Assembly (NCBI GenBank): GCA_951406725.2 | Contig: OX597819.1 | Span: 31,930,001-31,994,000 of the forward strand | DNA length: 64,000 nucleotides | Direction: 5' to 3' | Source: Octopus vulgaris | Taxonomy: Eukaryota | Made by a program: the position numbers and the translations under genes | Part shown: positions 30,212 to 44,060 of the stretch, piece by piece | Position numbering within the stretch: the stretch's first letter is position 1 | Layout: the number at the start of each line of letters is the position of its first letter | Notes under the pieces: model-generated | Told to the model about the DNA's origin: nothing | Databases searched by the model: none | What the model saw: only the letters and a program-made list of their open reading frames with translations

Positions 30212-31035
30212 TGAAAAATGCATTAAATACTAAAAAACATACACATAGGGCAGACACAGAAGGACCCTAATTCTTAATCAGTTATCGAGCGAAGACCAAT
30301 ACACAATTTCATGCCTTTAACGATAAGCCTGACAATTTCGCATATCGGAGGCGCCCGTCAAATTTGCGGAGAATTGGGGCTCCAGCAGACAAAATGATAC
30401 AGAGTGGACGTACGAAAGCAAACAAATGTAATTTGAAACGATAGATGAAGACGGAACAAATACGGCCTTTCGACTGAACAGACGGGAATGATGGGTAACG
30501 CTTGGAAGAAATTCTGAATGGATACAGAAAAAGAAATAGCAAGAGAGGAGATAGATGTTGACCGGCAAGGTAAGCGTCCGGTGGCGAAAGACAGAGATGT
30601 GGGAAAATTAGTCACAGGTTATGTGTGGGGAGTAGATGGAGGGGAAGGAGGGGAGAGAGAGCGAGAAAGAAAGAGAGAGATAACGGCAAAGAGAACAGGG
30701 AAGGAAGGAAGGGAGAAAGTCTACAATTACGAGTGAGAAGACGAGAGAGAGGGAGAGAGCAAGAGAGGGAGTTGGGATGCTAGAAAAGGAACGTGAGGAC
30801 GAGAGAGAAAGAAAGAAGACAGAATCGCAAAAAATATATATATATAAAAAAACTTATGGTAACAAAAGTCGGGATGCGTGGCGTTCAGTTACTCGATAAA
30901 GGAAAAATGAATTAAGTACTAAAAAACGTACACATAGGGCAGACACAGAAGGGCCCTAATTCTTCATCAGTTATCGACCGAAGTACTAATACACAATTTC
31001 ATGCCTTTTAACAATAAGACTGAGAATTTCGCAAC
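30210..31035 (-). mobile_element. Probable PLE 3' region bounded by about 135-bp direct repeats
   Basis: Direct repeats 30210-30345 and 30898-31035; - strand GAAA...CTGATGA motif in the 30898 copy; layout like 24880-25420. Confidence 0.5.
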
Positions 31036-31374
31036 GGAGACTATATCCACTGACAGGTTTTCAATGCGTTCAAAAACCACGTAACCCCCACCCCAATTTC
31101 CTAACTCTTGCCCAATCAAAAACTGTACTTCCGCACCGACCCCACCGCTTCATTTAAGATATCTTAATACCCTACCCTACCGTACCATATCTTAAATGCG
31201 TACCGGGTACTGATGCTGGCAACTAAAATATCAGCTAAAAGATACATGTACGACGCTGACTAAGTATTTTAAACAGTTCATCTGGGTGAGCTGGTCTTTC
31301 GCACGCCGACTCCCATTCGACCCCTTGGCTATCATCGACCCCTAGCAATTCCTCGCCGAAAAAGCTCGGTTTCT

Positions 31375-32178
31375 TTCTCTAACAATTTACATAGCTCAAC
31401 CTACGCAAGTTAATGTGTGAAAAACAAAATAGGAATTTTGAAAGACATTTCTATAAACCTAGTTTTCAAACATCGAATAGCTATAGGGGTCCATTAGAAT
31501 AATAGAATAATCAAAGGGGTCCATAGATAAAAAAAATAGGCGCAGGAGTGGCTGTGTGGTAAGTAGCTTGCTAAACAACCACATGGTTCCAGGTTCAGTC
31601 CCACTGCGTGGCATCTTGGGCAAGTGTCTTCTGCTATAGCCCCGGGCCGACCAATGCCTTGTGAGTGAATTTGGGAGACGGAAACTGAAAGAAGCCTGTC
31701 GTATATATGTATATGTATATATATATGTATGTGTGTGTGTTTGTGTGTCTGTGTTTGTCCCCCTAGCATTGCTTGACAATCGATGCTGGTGTGTTTACGT
31801 CCCCGTCACTTAGCGGTTCGGCAAAAGAGACTGATAGAATAAGTACTGGGCTTACAAAGATTAAGTCCCGGGGTCGATTTGCTCGACCAAAGGCGGTGCT
31901 CCAGCATGGCCGCAGTCAAATGACTGAAACAAGTAAAAGAGTAAAGAGTAAAGAGTTGAATACCTCTGCTTTAGATGTATGTATTGGACTGTATTGCCAG
32001 AAACAGTTAGGTTTCTAACATTTTACATAGTTCAACCTTACACAAGTTAATGGGTGAAAAACAATATTAAGAATTTTGAAAGAAGTTTCTATAAAACTTG
32101 TTTTTAAATATCAAATAAAATACCAGAATAAAATAGTGCTCCATAGACAAAATAAAAAAAATAGTTGAGAACCTCTGA
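31375..32178 (+). mobile_element. Two tandem hAT-like MITE 3' ends, the first split by SINE-A
   Basis: About 160-bp duplication; ends aaaaaatag(SINE)ttgaatacctctg and aaaatagttgagaacctctg, like the hAT GGTTGAGAACCACTG terminus. Confidence 0.55.
31538..31955 (+). mobile_element. SINE-A, full length
   Basis: aggcgcaggagtggctgtgtgg...gactgaaacaagtaaaagag. Confidence 0.9.
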
Positions 32179-32839
32179 ACTAAGTCGATAAAATAAATAC
32201 CAATCAAATACTGGGTTCGATGTAATTAACTTCCCCATCCCCTCAAAAACTGCTGGCTCTGTGCCAAAATTTGAAAACATTATTTCGCTCTTATAGTTTT
32301 CTGGAGAGGCTTGTAACTGACCCCGTACACTTAAAATAAGACCTGTTTCTGCTTTTATCCGCAACTCAGTACGATTGTTGGCTTTTCAGTTCAAATTACG
32401 TCTTCTCAGTGAAGTCTTGCAGGGTATTGTTCCATGGAATGAATTTTTTTCCTCGTTTTCTTCAAGTTTATTGTGAATTTCTATTTTTGATTTTCTCTTT
32501 GCTATTTTAAACTTTTTCTGTTATTGTGTGTTTTGTCTCATTTTTATTGTTGTTGATATATTAATAACTTGATAAACAGTTGTTGAACTAATACGGATAT
32601 ACCAATTAACTCACTATTGTCTGATGTTTTGACCTTGGGCGACAGCGACAACTCCTCCTCCTCCGCTTCCTCCTCCTCGTCTTCTTCTTCTTACTCCTCC
32701 TCCTCCTCCTCCTCCTCCTCCACCCCTCCTCTTCCCTCCTCCTCTTCATCATTATCAACAGCAGCAACAACAATGACGACGACGACGACAACGACAACAA
32801 CAACAACAACAACAACAGTAATAATTAATTCAAATTTTT

Positions 32840-33012
32840 TCTACAAGGGCAGCTTGGGAGAGGTGCTCAACTGGTACTTATTTTATCGGCCCCAAAAGGA
32901 TGAAAAGTAACGTCGAGCTCGGCGGAATTCGAATTCAGAACGCAAAGACGGACGAAATGCTATTAAGTATTTTTTACCTGGTCTGCAAACGATTCTGCCA
33001 GCTCACCACCTT
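32840..33012 (-). mobile_element. SINE-B, diverged
   Basis: Core and head recognisable. Confidence 0.7.
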
Positions 33013-33044
33013 CCGGTGCCAGCTCGCCTCGTGCATATTGAAAG

Positions 33045-33690
33045 GAGAGAAAACAGAGAAAATAAAAGAAATACAAGAAGCACTACTCCAAAAAGGCTTG
33101 CACAAACAATTTCATGTATGCACAACAGGAGTTGCTGGAGAACATAAGTGGGAAGGGTGAAAGACAGGATCACTTAAAAAGGAGACTAAGGGCACTATAC
33201 TCGTAGCGCAAGGCAAAGTCTTAGCCACAAATTGAGTGTCAGTCTTAGATATGAGCAAGTGTCTCCGTTGTGCCGAATATGTAATGAATTCGATGGAACT
33301 ATTGACCATATTGTAAACGAATGTCTTAGACTTGCCGAAACCTCTATAAGTTGTGAAGACATGATGAGGTAGCAAAAGTTTTGCAGTAGAAACTGAAAAG
33401 TTGAGGTTAGAGAGAAGCAAGACATAGTACGAACACAAACCACAGAGGGTAATTGAGTTGGAGGTTTGCAAAATCCTGTGAGACTTCCCAATTCAAACGG
33501 ACCTGGTCCTTGAGCACAATAAACCGGATTTAGTGAGTGGTAAGGAACAAAGTAGACCATGTGCGCTCTGTAATTGATGTTGCGTGCTCATTTGACTCAC
33601 GAATATTTAAGAAGGAAGGAGAGAAAGCAGACGTGTACAATCCTCTTAACTGACTGGGAAAAATGAAAAAGATGTAAACCGATTATACTG
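33045..33690 (+). mobile_element. R4/Dong-like LINE C-terminal remnant
   Basis: LKKETKG..AQ; SPLCRICNEFDGTIDHIVNEC (CCHC); YEHKPQRVIE; IL*DFPIQTDLVLEHNKPDLV; IDVACSFD..KKEGEK (PD-(D/E)xK). Confidence 0.85.
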
Positions 33691-33752
33691 TATAACACGA
33701 TTTTTGTCCTTGGGTAGCGAATGTTATTTCCTATTTGCTTATTCCTAGAAAA

Positions 33753-34170
33753 TGTGGAAAATGGCTAATATTTCCTTCAAACTTTGTTTTTCTTGCATTC
33801 ATGCAAACCCCGGAGAATCCTTCTCAATACATGGCCATGATGCTCCTCCACTACTTCTGCTCCTCATCAGAGATGCACATATTGTCAGCCACTAAGGGCC
33901 ATGCTCAAGTGGTTATGGTATGAAAAATATGAAAAATATGGTATGAAAAATATGGAAAATGGCTAATATTTCCTTCAAACTTTGTTTTTCTTGCATTCAT
34001 GCAAACCCCGAAGAATCCTGCTCAATACATGGCCATGACGCTTCTCCACTACTCCTGCTCCTCATCAGAGATGCACATATTGTCAGCCACTAAGGGCCAT
34101 GCTCAAGTGGTTATGGTCAAACAATTGACCAGCCAATCTGTGTTATTGAGCAGAATATTTGCTATAACAA
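33753..34170. repeat. 199-bp-period tandem duplication containing part of the 27579-28080 repeat
   Basis: 33753-33919 is approximately equal to 33952-34118. Confidence 0.85.
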
Positions 34171-34286
34171 TATTTCTGCTTCAGCAACTCAGCGGTGAAT
34201 GTGTCTGAAATGTAAATGAAAATAGGTCACTTTAAGGACCTTGATGTCCAGGTCACAAAAGCAAAGTTAGAAGGGAATAGTTGTGA

Positions 34287-34686
34287 TTTTACTCTTACTC
34301 TTTTTTACTCTTTTACTTGTTTCAGTCATTTGACTGCGGCCATGCTGGAGCACCGCCTTTAGTCGACCAAATCGACCCCGGGACTTATTCTTTGTAAGCC
34401 CAGTACTTATTCTATCGGTCTCTTTTGCCGAACCGCTAAGTAACGGGGACGTAAACACACCAGCATCGATTGTCAAGCAATGCTAGGGGGGGGGGGCAAA
34501 CACACAAACACATACATATATATACATATATACGACAGGCTTCTTTCAGTTTCCGTCTAGAAATCCACTCACAAGGCTTTGGTCGGCCCGGGGCTATAGC
34601 AGAAGACACTTGCCCAAGATGCCACGCAGTGGGACTGAACTCGGAACCATGTGGTTGGTTAGCAAGCTACTTACCACACAGCCACT
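34287..34686 (-). mobile_element. SINE-A
   Basis: Nearly complete copy. Confidence 0.9.
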
Positions 34687-34984
34687 TAATTTGATTTCTA
34701 GATAGAAGCAAATTAGAAATGACACCTACTGACCAAAGAAAATAAGAAATATAAAAATTTTGTTACATAGTGTTATTGTTGGGAGAATATCACAAAAGAA
34801 CATATGAGAATAGTGTTCAGCAGAGCTGTTGCTAAAAATTTGACTCCAGAATTATCAAGAAATTACTTGATAGTTGAGAAGAAAGAAAACACGATACCAT
34901 AGGGTACAGATAGCAAGCGCGCTACTCATGCAATATTCCAGGAATTCCAATGAAACCTGAGCTGAAAGTGCAAATAATAGTAGT

Positions 34985-35197
34985 CTTTTCTTATATAGGC
35001 ACAGTGTTTGAAACTTTGGAGACGGCGCTAGTCAATTACACCGACCTCTGTGTTCAACCGATATTTATTTTATCGACCCCGAAAGGGTGAAAACTAATCC
35101 AACCTCGGCGGAATTTGAACTAAGAACGTACAGACGGACGAAATGCTGCTAAGAATTTTGTCCGGCGACATAACGATTCTGCCAATTCGCCACTTTC
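34985..35197 (-). mobile_element. SINE-B2 abutting (TAA)n
   Basis: Head next to the TAA array. Confidence 0.75.
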
Positions 35198-35336
35198 AAT
35201 AATAATAATGATAATAATAATAATAATAGTAATAATAATGATAATAATAATAATAATAATGATAATAATAATAATGATAATAATAATAATGATAATAATA
35301 ATGATAATGATAATAATAATGATAATGATAATAATA

Positions 35337-35399
<63 letters not shown>

Positions 35400-35455
35400 A
35401 TGATGATGATGATGATGACGACGACGACGATGATAATGACAATAACGACATCAAC
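35198..35455. repeat. Graded trinucleotide array (TAA)n>(TGA)n>(CGA)n
   Basis: Direct inspection. Confidence 0.95.
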
Positions 35456-35465
35456 AACACCAGTA

Positions 35466-36990
35466 ATGTCTGCTGTATGGATGACCACAAGCTGTATACT
35501 AAAAGTGAATTGCTATATATGCAAATCGATGACCTCAGAATACATGCAAAAAGTGAAAAAGGACCTGTATTCTCAAATCGAAAGATACTGGGATGCAGTT
35601 TGATATCAGTGAGTGTGTAATGCTAAATATAAGGAGCCGCCGAAAGATAATTCCTGATGATATAAAATTACAAGGTGATATTATTAGATCGCTGATAAAT
35701 AAAGAAAGGTACAAGGATCTTGAAGTGCTGCAAGACGATAGGATGATGGGAGGAGAAAGGAGAGAAAATCTGGAAAAGCTCAAGAGATGGTTTACTAAAA
35801 GTTCCCAAAATCAAATTAAATGGGGAGAAAATTATCGAAGCATTAAATATATGGGTTGCGTCAGTATTAAGACATTCTACCCCTTTTCTAAAATATACAG
35901 ACAGATCTACAAGACAGGAGAACTAGGAAGATGCTCACAATGCAGAGCAAACACCACCCTAAGTGTTAAATCGAGAATCTCTCTCTATCAAGAAAGGAAG
36001 GAGGTAGAGGAAAGATATCATTAGCATTGGTCTATTGGGGTTGGAAATTATGTTGTATGTAGTGAAGAAAGAATACTCTCGGCGGTTTGAAATGTCTAAA
36101 AGATTACTGAAACAATAGGAGAATTTAAGAACAGAATGAAGAACAACAGAATAAGTAGCTGGGAAGTGAAAGGATTACACTGGCGATTCATACATACCAA
36201 AGATCAAGGATGTTGGAAGTAAAGAACATTGGTTGTGACTGATGGATGGAAACTTGAAGCGAGAAACGGAACTGCTAATTATTGTCGCCTGAAATAATCG
36301 GAAAAACCATTAGAACAGATTTAACACAGGCAAAAATTAATAAAACTCAGTCAGTGATTAAACGCAGAATCTGTGTGAAAAGATATGAAAATATTAATCA
36401 TCTCTTAAGTGAATGCAGTATGCTAGCACGAAAAGAGTATTATCGCAGACATGCATTTATCGGTCTAAGTGTTATACATTGTGCTAACCGAGATTTTAAC
36501 TCCAGTGTATGATTTCAAAGTAGAGAAAAGTGGTATGAACACGAATCAGAGAAACGTGGTATGAACATGAACCGGAGTCTGTGATAGAAAATAATACTTA
36601 CAGGATTTTATGGGATTTCCCCATAAAGACCGAGCATGATATTGAAGTAACAAGTCCAGATATGATTGTAGAGGAAAGAAACAAACAAATAAACAAACAC
36701 TGCAAAATCATAGACTTTGCAATACCATATGATAAAAGAGTGGATATCAGAGGAATTAAGAAAACTGAGGAACATCAGAACCTAGACAAAGAGATGAAGA
36801 GATAACGGAAGACTGAGACTAAAATTATTCCAATGGTAATTAGTACATTTGGCAAAACACTGCTATCTAAGAGACTAATAGAGATTGGAATTGAGACTCG
36901 AAGTGTTGACTTGTGCAAAGTGCAAATCTGCATTCTGGGAGAATCTTAGGAAAGATTCTTGAGATTCAAGGTAACTTATCACTGAACCTC
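35466..36990 (+). mobile_element. 5'-truncated R4/Dong-like LINE (RT C-half, Zn knuckle, REL endonuclease)
   Basis: MDDHKLY at 35477; DTGMQFDISEC; RICVKRYENINHLLSECSMLARKEYYRRH; ILWDFPIKTEH..SPDMIV..CKIIDFAIPYD. Confidence 0.85.
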
Positions 36991-37019
36991 AAAACAACAT
37001 CTCTGCTCAATAATACATA

Positions 37020-37425
37020 TTCGTTTCTACTCTAGGCACAAGGCCCGAAATTTCAAGGGAATGGTGGTGGTGGTGGTGGGGGTGGGACAGTCGATTAGAT
37101 TGACCCCAGTACGCAACTGGTACTTAATTTATCGACCCCGAGAGGATGAAAAGCAAAGTTGACCTCGGCGGAATTTGAACTCAGAACGTAGCGGCAGACG
37201 AAATACCAATTTCTTTACTACCACAAAGAGAGGACAAACAAGGACAGACAAACGGATTAAGTCAATTATATCGAACCAGTGCGTAACTGGTACTTATTTA
37301 ATCGACCTTGAAAGGATGAAAGGCAAAGTTGACCTCGGCGGAATTTGAACTCAGAACGTAACGGCAAACGAAATACGCCTACGCATTTCGCCCGGCGTGC
37401 TAACGTTTCTGCCAGCTCGCCGCCT
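37020..37425 (-). mobile_element. SINE-B1 joined to a SINE-B2 remainder
   Basis: Junction GAAATT|GGTATTTCGTCTGCC at 37207/37208; the downstream unit has the B2 tail. Confidence 0.85.
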
Positions 37426-37919
37426 TGCTCGATAATACATATTATAATGGGTTTAATAATAAAATGGACGATAGGGAATGCGATGAAATGAAATTTGCTG
37501 ACTTCCAAAGGTCAAACCGGGAATAATTACTTACTTGTGGTGCATCGGGTATTACCTGGATGTTTTGAGCTCGGAGGAAGAAATTCAGCCGGAATATAAG
37601 AATTTTTCAAAAGACAGGCCCTTACAAAAAGTATTAGGATTGTATTGTTATCAGCCGAAAACAGGAGTATCCTGAGAACGTAGGTGGCTTTCTAGATCAA
37701 CCAACACGAAAAAAGTTTACAGGTACTTTTTGAAACATAAGGCTACGGTCAGAGCGATGGCATGCGAGCAGAGAATTCGGTAGCTCTAATCCGACCTAGC
37801 CAGTACTGTATCATCCAAAAGTCGACGGGAATCCAAAATGTTTTCCACATTTCATTTTCTATTTAAATACCATCATAAATTTGATTTTCATGTGTTTCGA
37901 CATGTTTTTATTTTTATTT

Positions 37920-38965
37920 GTGGCTGTGTGGTAAGAAGCTTGCTTCCCAACCACATGGTTCCGGGTTCAGTTTCACTACACGGCACCTTGCGCAAGTGAC
38001 ATCTACTATAGTCTCGACTGACCAAAGCCTTGTGAATGGATTTGATAGACGGAAACTGAAAGAAACCCGTCGTATATATAACATCATAATGCACTTTAAA
38101 GGTACTAATTGGCCGAAACATGCGAAAAAATATAAGTACTTATTAATTGACTGTACTATGATAAAAATGATTATTCTATGTATATTCTCTGTTTGCTGTA
38201 AGCTATTAATTAATTATATATATATCATATCTATAAAAGGCATGATGAGCGTGCGTGTGTGTGTGTATGTGTACGTGATTGTAATTTATGCACGTCCACA
38301 AATTAGCACGCATGTCACTCAAATTTTTGGAGGACATTCGTCAAGATCCTATCGGGATTTTGTCAACTTATTTTTTCCCGAGGCACCCGCGGATAGCGTA
38401 AAAATCTATTTTCAGCCATAGCTTTTATCCATAAGATATATTAGCCATGGCTTTTTTGACGGCGTCTAACAAAAAAAAAAGAAGATAAAGAAAAGTGGAA
38501 GAAGGAGGCAGAGAGTTTCACGGGAAAGACAAAGTGAGAGAGGGAGAGAGAGAGAAAGAGAGAGAAAGAGAGAGCGACAGAGAGAGAGAGAGAGAGAGAG
38601 TAAGTGACGACGTTCATAAAAAATAAAATATAAAATGTTTTTTCTTAAACACGAGATATAGTGTTCAAATTCAGGATGATTTTGAAAGGCACTATATTTT
38701 ATAATCATAGTATATATACTTTCTTACACAACAATTACAATATATTTATTTTAAATCATTTATTTATTTTAAATCGTTCATCTTTCTCCCATCCTCTCTC
38801 TCACACACACATTACTTTGGGCATGAAAGAGTTTTATTTTTATTTTACGCCGAGTAAAAAAGTGTTTTGTTGAGAGTCGATATTACTTAGTTTGGTTTGA
38901 AATAAAGAACTTGATTAGCTTAATAATCGTAACTTAATCCCGGGCAAGGTCGGGTTATACTGCTA

Positions 38966-39041
<76 letters not shown>

Positions 39042-39097
39042 AAATGGAGTTAAACGCAGGTGTTATTTAAATCTCTATACATCTGAATTACAAGGAA

Positions 39098-39128
<31 letters not shown>

Positions 39129-39132
39129 TACA

Positions 39133-39167
<35 letters not shown>

Positions 39168-39447
39168 CGTGATCACTGTGACCGACCACATATACGTGTG
39201 TGTATGCCTATATATTTATGTGTATGTGTATTTGTACCTGTGTTTGTCTCTCCACCATCGCTTGACAGTCAATATTGGTGTGTGTACGTCCCCGTAACCT
39301 AGCGGTTCGGCAAAAAGAAACCCGATTGAATAAGTACTAGGCTTACAAAGAATATGTCCTGGGGTCAATTTCTTCGACTAACACCCTTGAAGGCGGTGCT
39401 CCAGTTTGGCCGCAGTCAAATGACTGAAACAAATCAAAGAATAAAAG
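37920..39447 (+). mobile_element. SINE-A split by about 1.1 kb of insertions
   Basis: Head 37920-38075, tail 39200-39447. Confidence 0.7.
38225..38966 (+). mobile_element. Non-autonomous Helitron
   Basis: 5' TCATATCTATAAAAGG; 3' hairpin cccgggcaaggtcggg plus CTAG|T. Confidence 0.8.
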
Positions 39448-40029
39448 CATATGACTTTATTAGTTGTCAATTTATCCCCATATCTAGTTGGATAACAGAT
39501 TTCACACCTCTCCACCCTCTTGTTCATATATAATTTATTTGTTCCTCCACACGCATCCGCGTAAATTCTGTCTTTTTATATAACTTCTTTGTCCTACCTC
39601 ACGCATCCGTGTAAACTTTCTCTTATATAACCATTCACATCCTTGTAAAATCTTATATAAATAGTTTGCCCCACAACACGCATCTTTGTACATTCTTTGA
39701 ATAACATCTCATTATATACTTTATTGCAACTTCCGGATCCTTTTCGAATTAAAGAAACAATTATTAGACTCAGAGCGTTGGACAAAACGCTTTGCGAGAG
39801 ATAATCCGGTTCTTCATATTCTGAGTCACAGTTCTGCCATAGCCACCCTCTAAAGTAAAAATACCAGTCAAGTACAAGAGTTAATATAACCAACTGGTAC
39901 CCTTTCTGCATACTTTTTGGACGGAGTAACAAACATGATTATTGAGAACAGTGAACCCAATAAAAGGCCTTGTAGAGCTTAGTTACATCTCTTTAAGAGT
40001 TCAATATTCGCCAAGGTAAAAAAATTGGT

Positions 40030-40256
40030 TGGTCAGTCCGCATTACTCTGTAGGGAACATAGGGTCGGTTTCTTGGTTTCTTTTGACGAAACGCCGGCCC
40101 GTCGCAGGATTACACCTTTTACAAACCGAGTGACCTGGGCAACGTGAAATGAAGTGCTCTGATCAAGAACACTGCGCATCACCCGGTCCAAGAACCGAAA
40201 CCACTATCTTACAATCATGAGTCCAACAGCCTAACAACTAAGCCATGCGCCTCAAA
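40030..40256 (-). mobile_element. SINE-D (tRNA head, CORE-like centre, tail T2)
   Basis: gaggcgcatggcttagt head; gtgttcttgatcagagcactt; cctgcgacgggccggcg; ccctatgttccc end. Confidence 0.65.
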
Positions 40257-40701
40257 AGTTGGTACCAATCATTTATTGCTTCCTCTAACAAAATTTGTTG
40301 TTTCGTTTCAATGCTGGATTCAGGTATGGTTGTATGTTTAACAAGTCGGGTAGTAGACTTCGCCTACCGACTTTTTTGAGAACTCTATTTGACATCCGGG
40401 ATTCCTTAAACGGAATTCTATGTATTCTAGTCACGCTTCCACTTGAAGAATATTTTCTTTCCGCTCTCCTATTAGTTTAAGAGGCATTATAAAGGATCCG
40501 GGACAGTGTGTTTTGTCCTGACTAAAAGTTTCAGGTTCAATCATGTAGCATTAGAAATCAGTATTTTAAAAGAATCACGCCCGGTTGCCTTTACTTACGC
40601 CTCCACACTTTCGGTTTACATGTATTGTAGAAAATTGGTGAGATTCACAAATGTTATAAGGGGTCATCGCAGACAGTTTGCCGGCTACAAGCAAAATGTT
40701 T

Positions 40702-41124
40702 GGATCTTTTCGGTTTGAACGGCAGTTTTTAACATAGTTTCTAGGTAACTAAAAAATTTTAAACTTCGTATACTGGTAGAATGTGTTTATAAAACATTTT
40801 TTTCTCTTGGCTTTAATGAGAAAATTCTATAGTTTGTAAGATATTTGTTGTTTTTTCTTCTGCAATTTCTGCAATTTCAACCAATCACTGACGTCTATTG
40901 AGGTAAAAACATTCTGTGCCGTATGAATATGTCCCTCGTTTAAGAAACAGATTGGGTTTACTTACGTTTGTGAAGAAAAAAAGATACCCTACCCCCCACC
41001 CTTAACACTAACACTAACCCTAAAACAGATTGAAATGCAATAAATCGATACTAGGGTCATAATTATGGGTGACAATTTCATATGACACCGCTAGAAAAAA
41101 CTGCCGTTCAAACCGAAAAGATCC
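40702..41124. mobile_element. MITE, second copy of the 17806 family
   Basis: Same TIRs; degenerate 8-bp TSD aaatgttt/gaattttt. Confidence 0.9.
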
Positions 41125-41252
41125 GAATTTTTTCTTAATAACTGAGCTTAGTGATTAGTGGTTTAGAGAATGATGATATATGAGAGGAAGATAGAAGATT
41201 AAAAGAGGCAAGAGAGAGGGAAAGAGATAGAGCTATAGAGAGATAAAGGGAG

Positions 41253-41287
<35 letters not shown>

Positions 41288-41487
41288 AAGGGTGAGGGAA
41301 TAAGGGGAAGTGTGAGAGAGATGGAGTAGAAGATATGAGAGTAGGGCAAGGGAAAGAGAATAGAATAGGGGGAGAGAGCAGAAAGGGAAATAATTGCTTC
41401 CTGTCATGGAAAAATGCATAGTTAGGGACTAACTATTTTGCTGAATTAAATTTAAACTGCTGTCATTGTAAAGCATTAAGCTTATAT

Positions 41488-41528
<41 letters not shown>

Positions 41529-43034
41529 CACGCATGCGTGTGCGTACGTGCAGTTGTGTGTGTGTGTATAAGTACATAAACGTATACATATACATGTGTG
41601 CGTTTGCATTTTGATAGCGTAAACTGGGGAAAGTAGTGATGTACTAGCAATTAAATTTGGTATAAATCAAAAATCCGAGAACACCCCATGCTTGTCTTCT
41701 ACTGCAAGAAATTTGTCCCACATACGAAAGACAGAGAAAAGTTCACAATGGGTTTCAATTGCAACGGGACGTTAAGTACATAACATTTCCTTGCCTTATA
41801 CTTACTTACTAACTTATTTAGGATCTAGTTTTTTCATTCGTAAAATATGCTTTTTGTATTTGACAGTAAAATATCTGAAAATTGGCTGTAATAATGTAGC
41901 ATTCCAGTCTCATTACTTTGAAGGTAAGATGTTGTAGAGAAAAAATCAGAGAAAAAAGTTACAGAGATTTAAAAATCGAAAATAACTGGGTATTTTTAGC
42001 CAATAGGGAGACAGAAATTTTCTGCGTTTAGCGGAGTGATGTCAACTTTAAGGTTGTATCCTGTGAAATGTAGCATTTGACCTGTTCACTGTAGGTTTGC
42101 AAATAAACAGAAATACCTAATAAAATCAACATGTATCATCTGGATCTAGCCTCTCTCATTCATTGATTGTATTAAAACTTTTTAAAAAAATTAGTTATAT
42201 TAATATATTTATCTGCATGTGTTTATTTTATACGTATTTATGTACATCATTAATATATAATTGTGTGTGTGTGAAAAGCGGGTGTCTATCTCCAAAACTC
42301 CAAAGTTGAGTAATGTTTTCATGCTTGGATTTGTAAACTACGATAAGAGTAACACCGGTCAACAGAGAATTTGTCCCAAGGAAAAGAATACTTGTATCTT
42401 GTAGGTTTTTGCTTACAGAATTCCAAAATAGCGTAAAATTATCTGTATCACCCACAATTTCTCTGTTCCGCGATATCCCTCTGAGTTCCTGTTACGTGGG
42501 CTAAATTTCAGTTAATATGTAAAATATTAACACTGAGAAATTAACACAAAACACTTGTGGTGTGAAGAGTCAACATAGTAAAAATATATGAAAAATGTTT
42601 ATGAAAAATATATCAAAATGAACAATATTTAAAAATACTAATACAGAAAAAGCACAGAAAAATACTGACACACAGAAGCACAGAAAAATTTAAATAAAAC
42701 ACGCGGGTGAAAAGAATCTCGTGGTGTGAAGAATCAATTGTAAAAAATCAACATCGAACAACGTGCGTCACAGACAACAGTGAAGTGAACCACAACACCA
42801 CGTCCTGTTGTCATGGTAACTAGCTGCTAATGCCACGCTGTCTATTGATTGGCTAAAATTACCCAAATTTCCCAACTTTAATTCAAAATACTATCAGATT
42901 CTTTAATTCACAAGATAAAGTAATTGGTTGATCGTAATGAAAATTCAGAGTTATATCGATACACCAAAAATGAAAGCAATCTGAGCAAAATAAAGGGTGT
43001 GGGGCTGATTCTGCGAATGAAAAAGACTAGATTC

Positions 43035-43470
43035 CTTATTTACTTACTGACTGTTCGTTCCCTATAGAATATAGGCCATTGGCGACTGTTGTCCACTGTT
43101 TTTTTTTTCTCTAGGCTGTCTTTTCTGCTTTTTCTCCTGTTGGATCCCTGCTTTTCCTGCCTCATTATAGTGTGTCGTCTCTTCCGCTTTCTTCGTGGGC
43201 ATATATTTCCTCTCAGGTCTTGTTTGTTCTGAATTGTTATCAGTGCTTCTGTAAGTTTGCTTCTTTCTAGGTTGGGATGTTGATCTTACTCAAATCCGTT
43301 TTAGTTCTATGAAAGCGTAATCTATATTAGTCCATGCTCTATCCTTTGACCTGGCTTGCATGAGAGGCCCTACTCGGAACTTGAAGTATGACAGACAACC
43401 CCAGCAACGAGGGCTAGATCTTGCTGTAGGACCTTTTACTTCGTCTTCAAGTTTTCTTTCTCGGAGTTTT
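43035..43470 (-). mobile_element. Internally deleted RTE-like element
   Basis: - strand 3' end ggcctatattctatagggaac...taagtaaataag; RTE 5'-UTR-like ttgacctggcttgcatgagaggccctac. Confidence 0.45.
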
Positions 43471-43699
43471 GAAGTGGAAGTGTTGTACATATAACATTTC
43501 CACCCAACCCTACTCTTTGATGACGAAGTGGCTGATGGTTAGAGCATCGGATGAACTGTCTTTCGGTATTCATTTCGGCTTTCTGCGTTCCAAGTTCAAA
43601 TCCCGCCTAAGCTATCGCCTTTCACTCTTCTGTAGTCGATAAATGGATAGATAGACAGTTAAATAAAAAAAGATATATGTATGTGCATATTTCATATAC

Positions 43700-44060
43700 C
43701 TTTATCTGTTTCAGTCATTCGGATTCCAGCTATCCTGTGAGACCGCTTTAAAGGGTTTAGTTGAACGAATCGACTCCAGTACTTATGTTTTTTTAATCCC
43801 AGGACTTGTTCTATCGAACTCTTTTGCCAAACCACTAAGTTACTGGGACATAAGCAAATCAACACCGGTTGTCAAGCAGTTGTCAAACACAAATACACAT
43901 ACATACGCACGCATAATTACATATATACGACAGGCTTCCACACACAAAACATTTGTCGGATCAGGGCTCTAGTAGGAGACACTTGCCCAAGGTACCGTAC
44001 TGTGGGATTGAAACGAAAACAATGGGATTGCTAAAGGAGCTTCTCAACCATACAGCCACC
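43700..44060 (-). mobile_element. Old SINE-A-related copy
   Basis: Diverged tail and head (acttgcccaaggt, cagccac). Confidence 0.7.
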
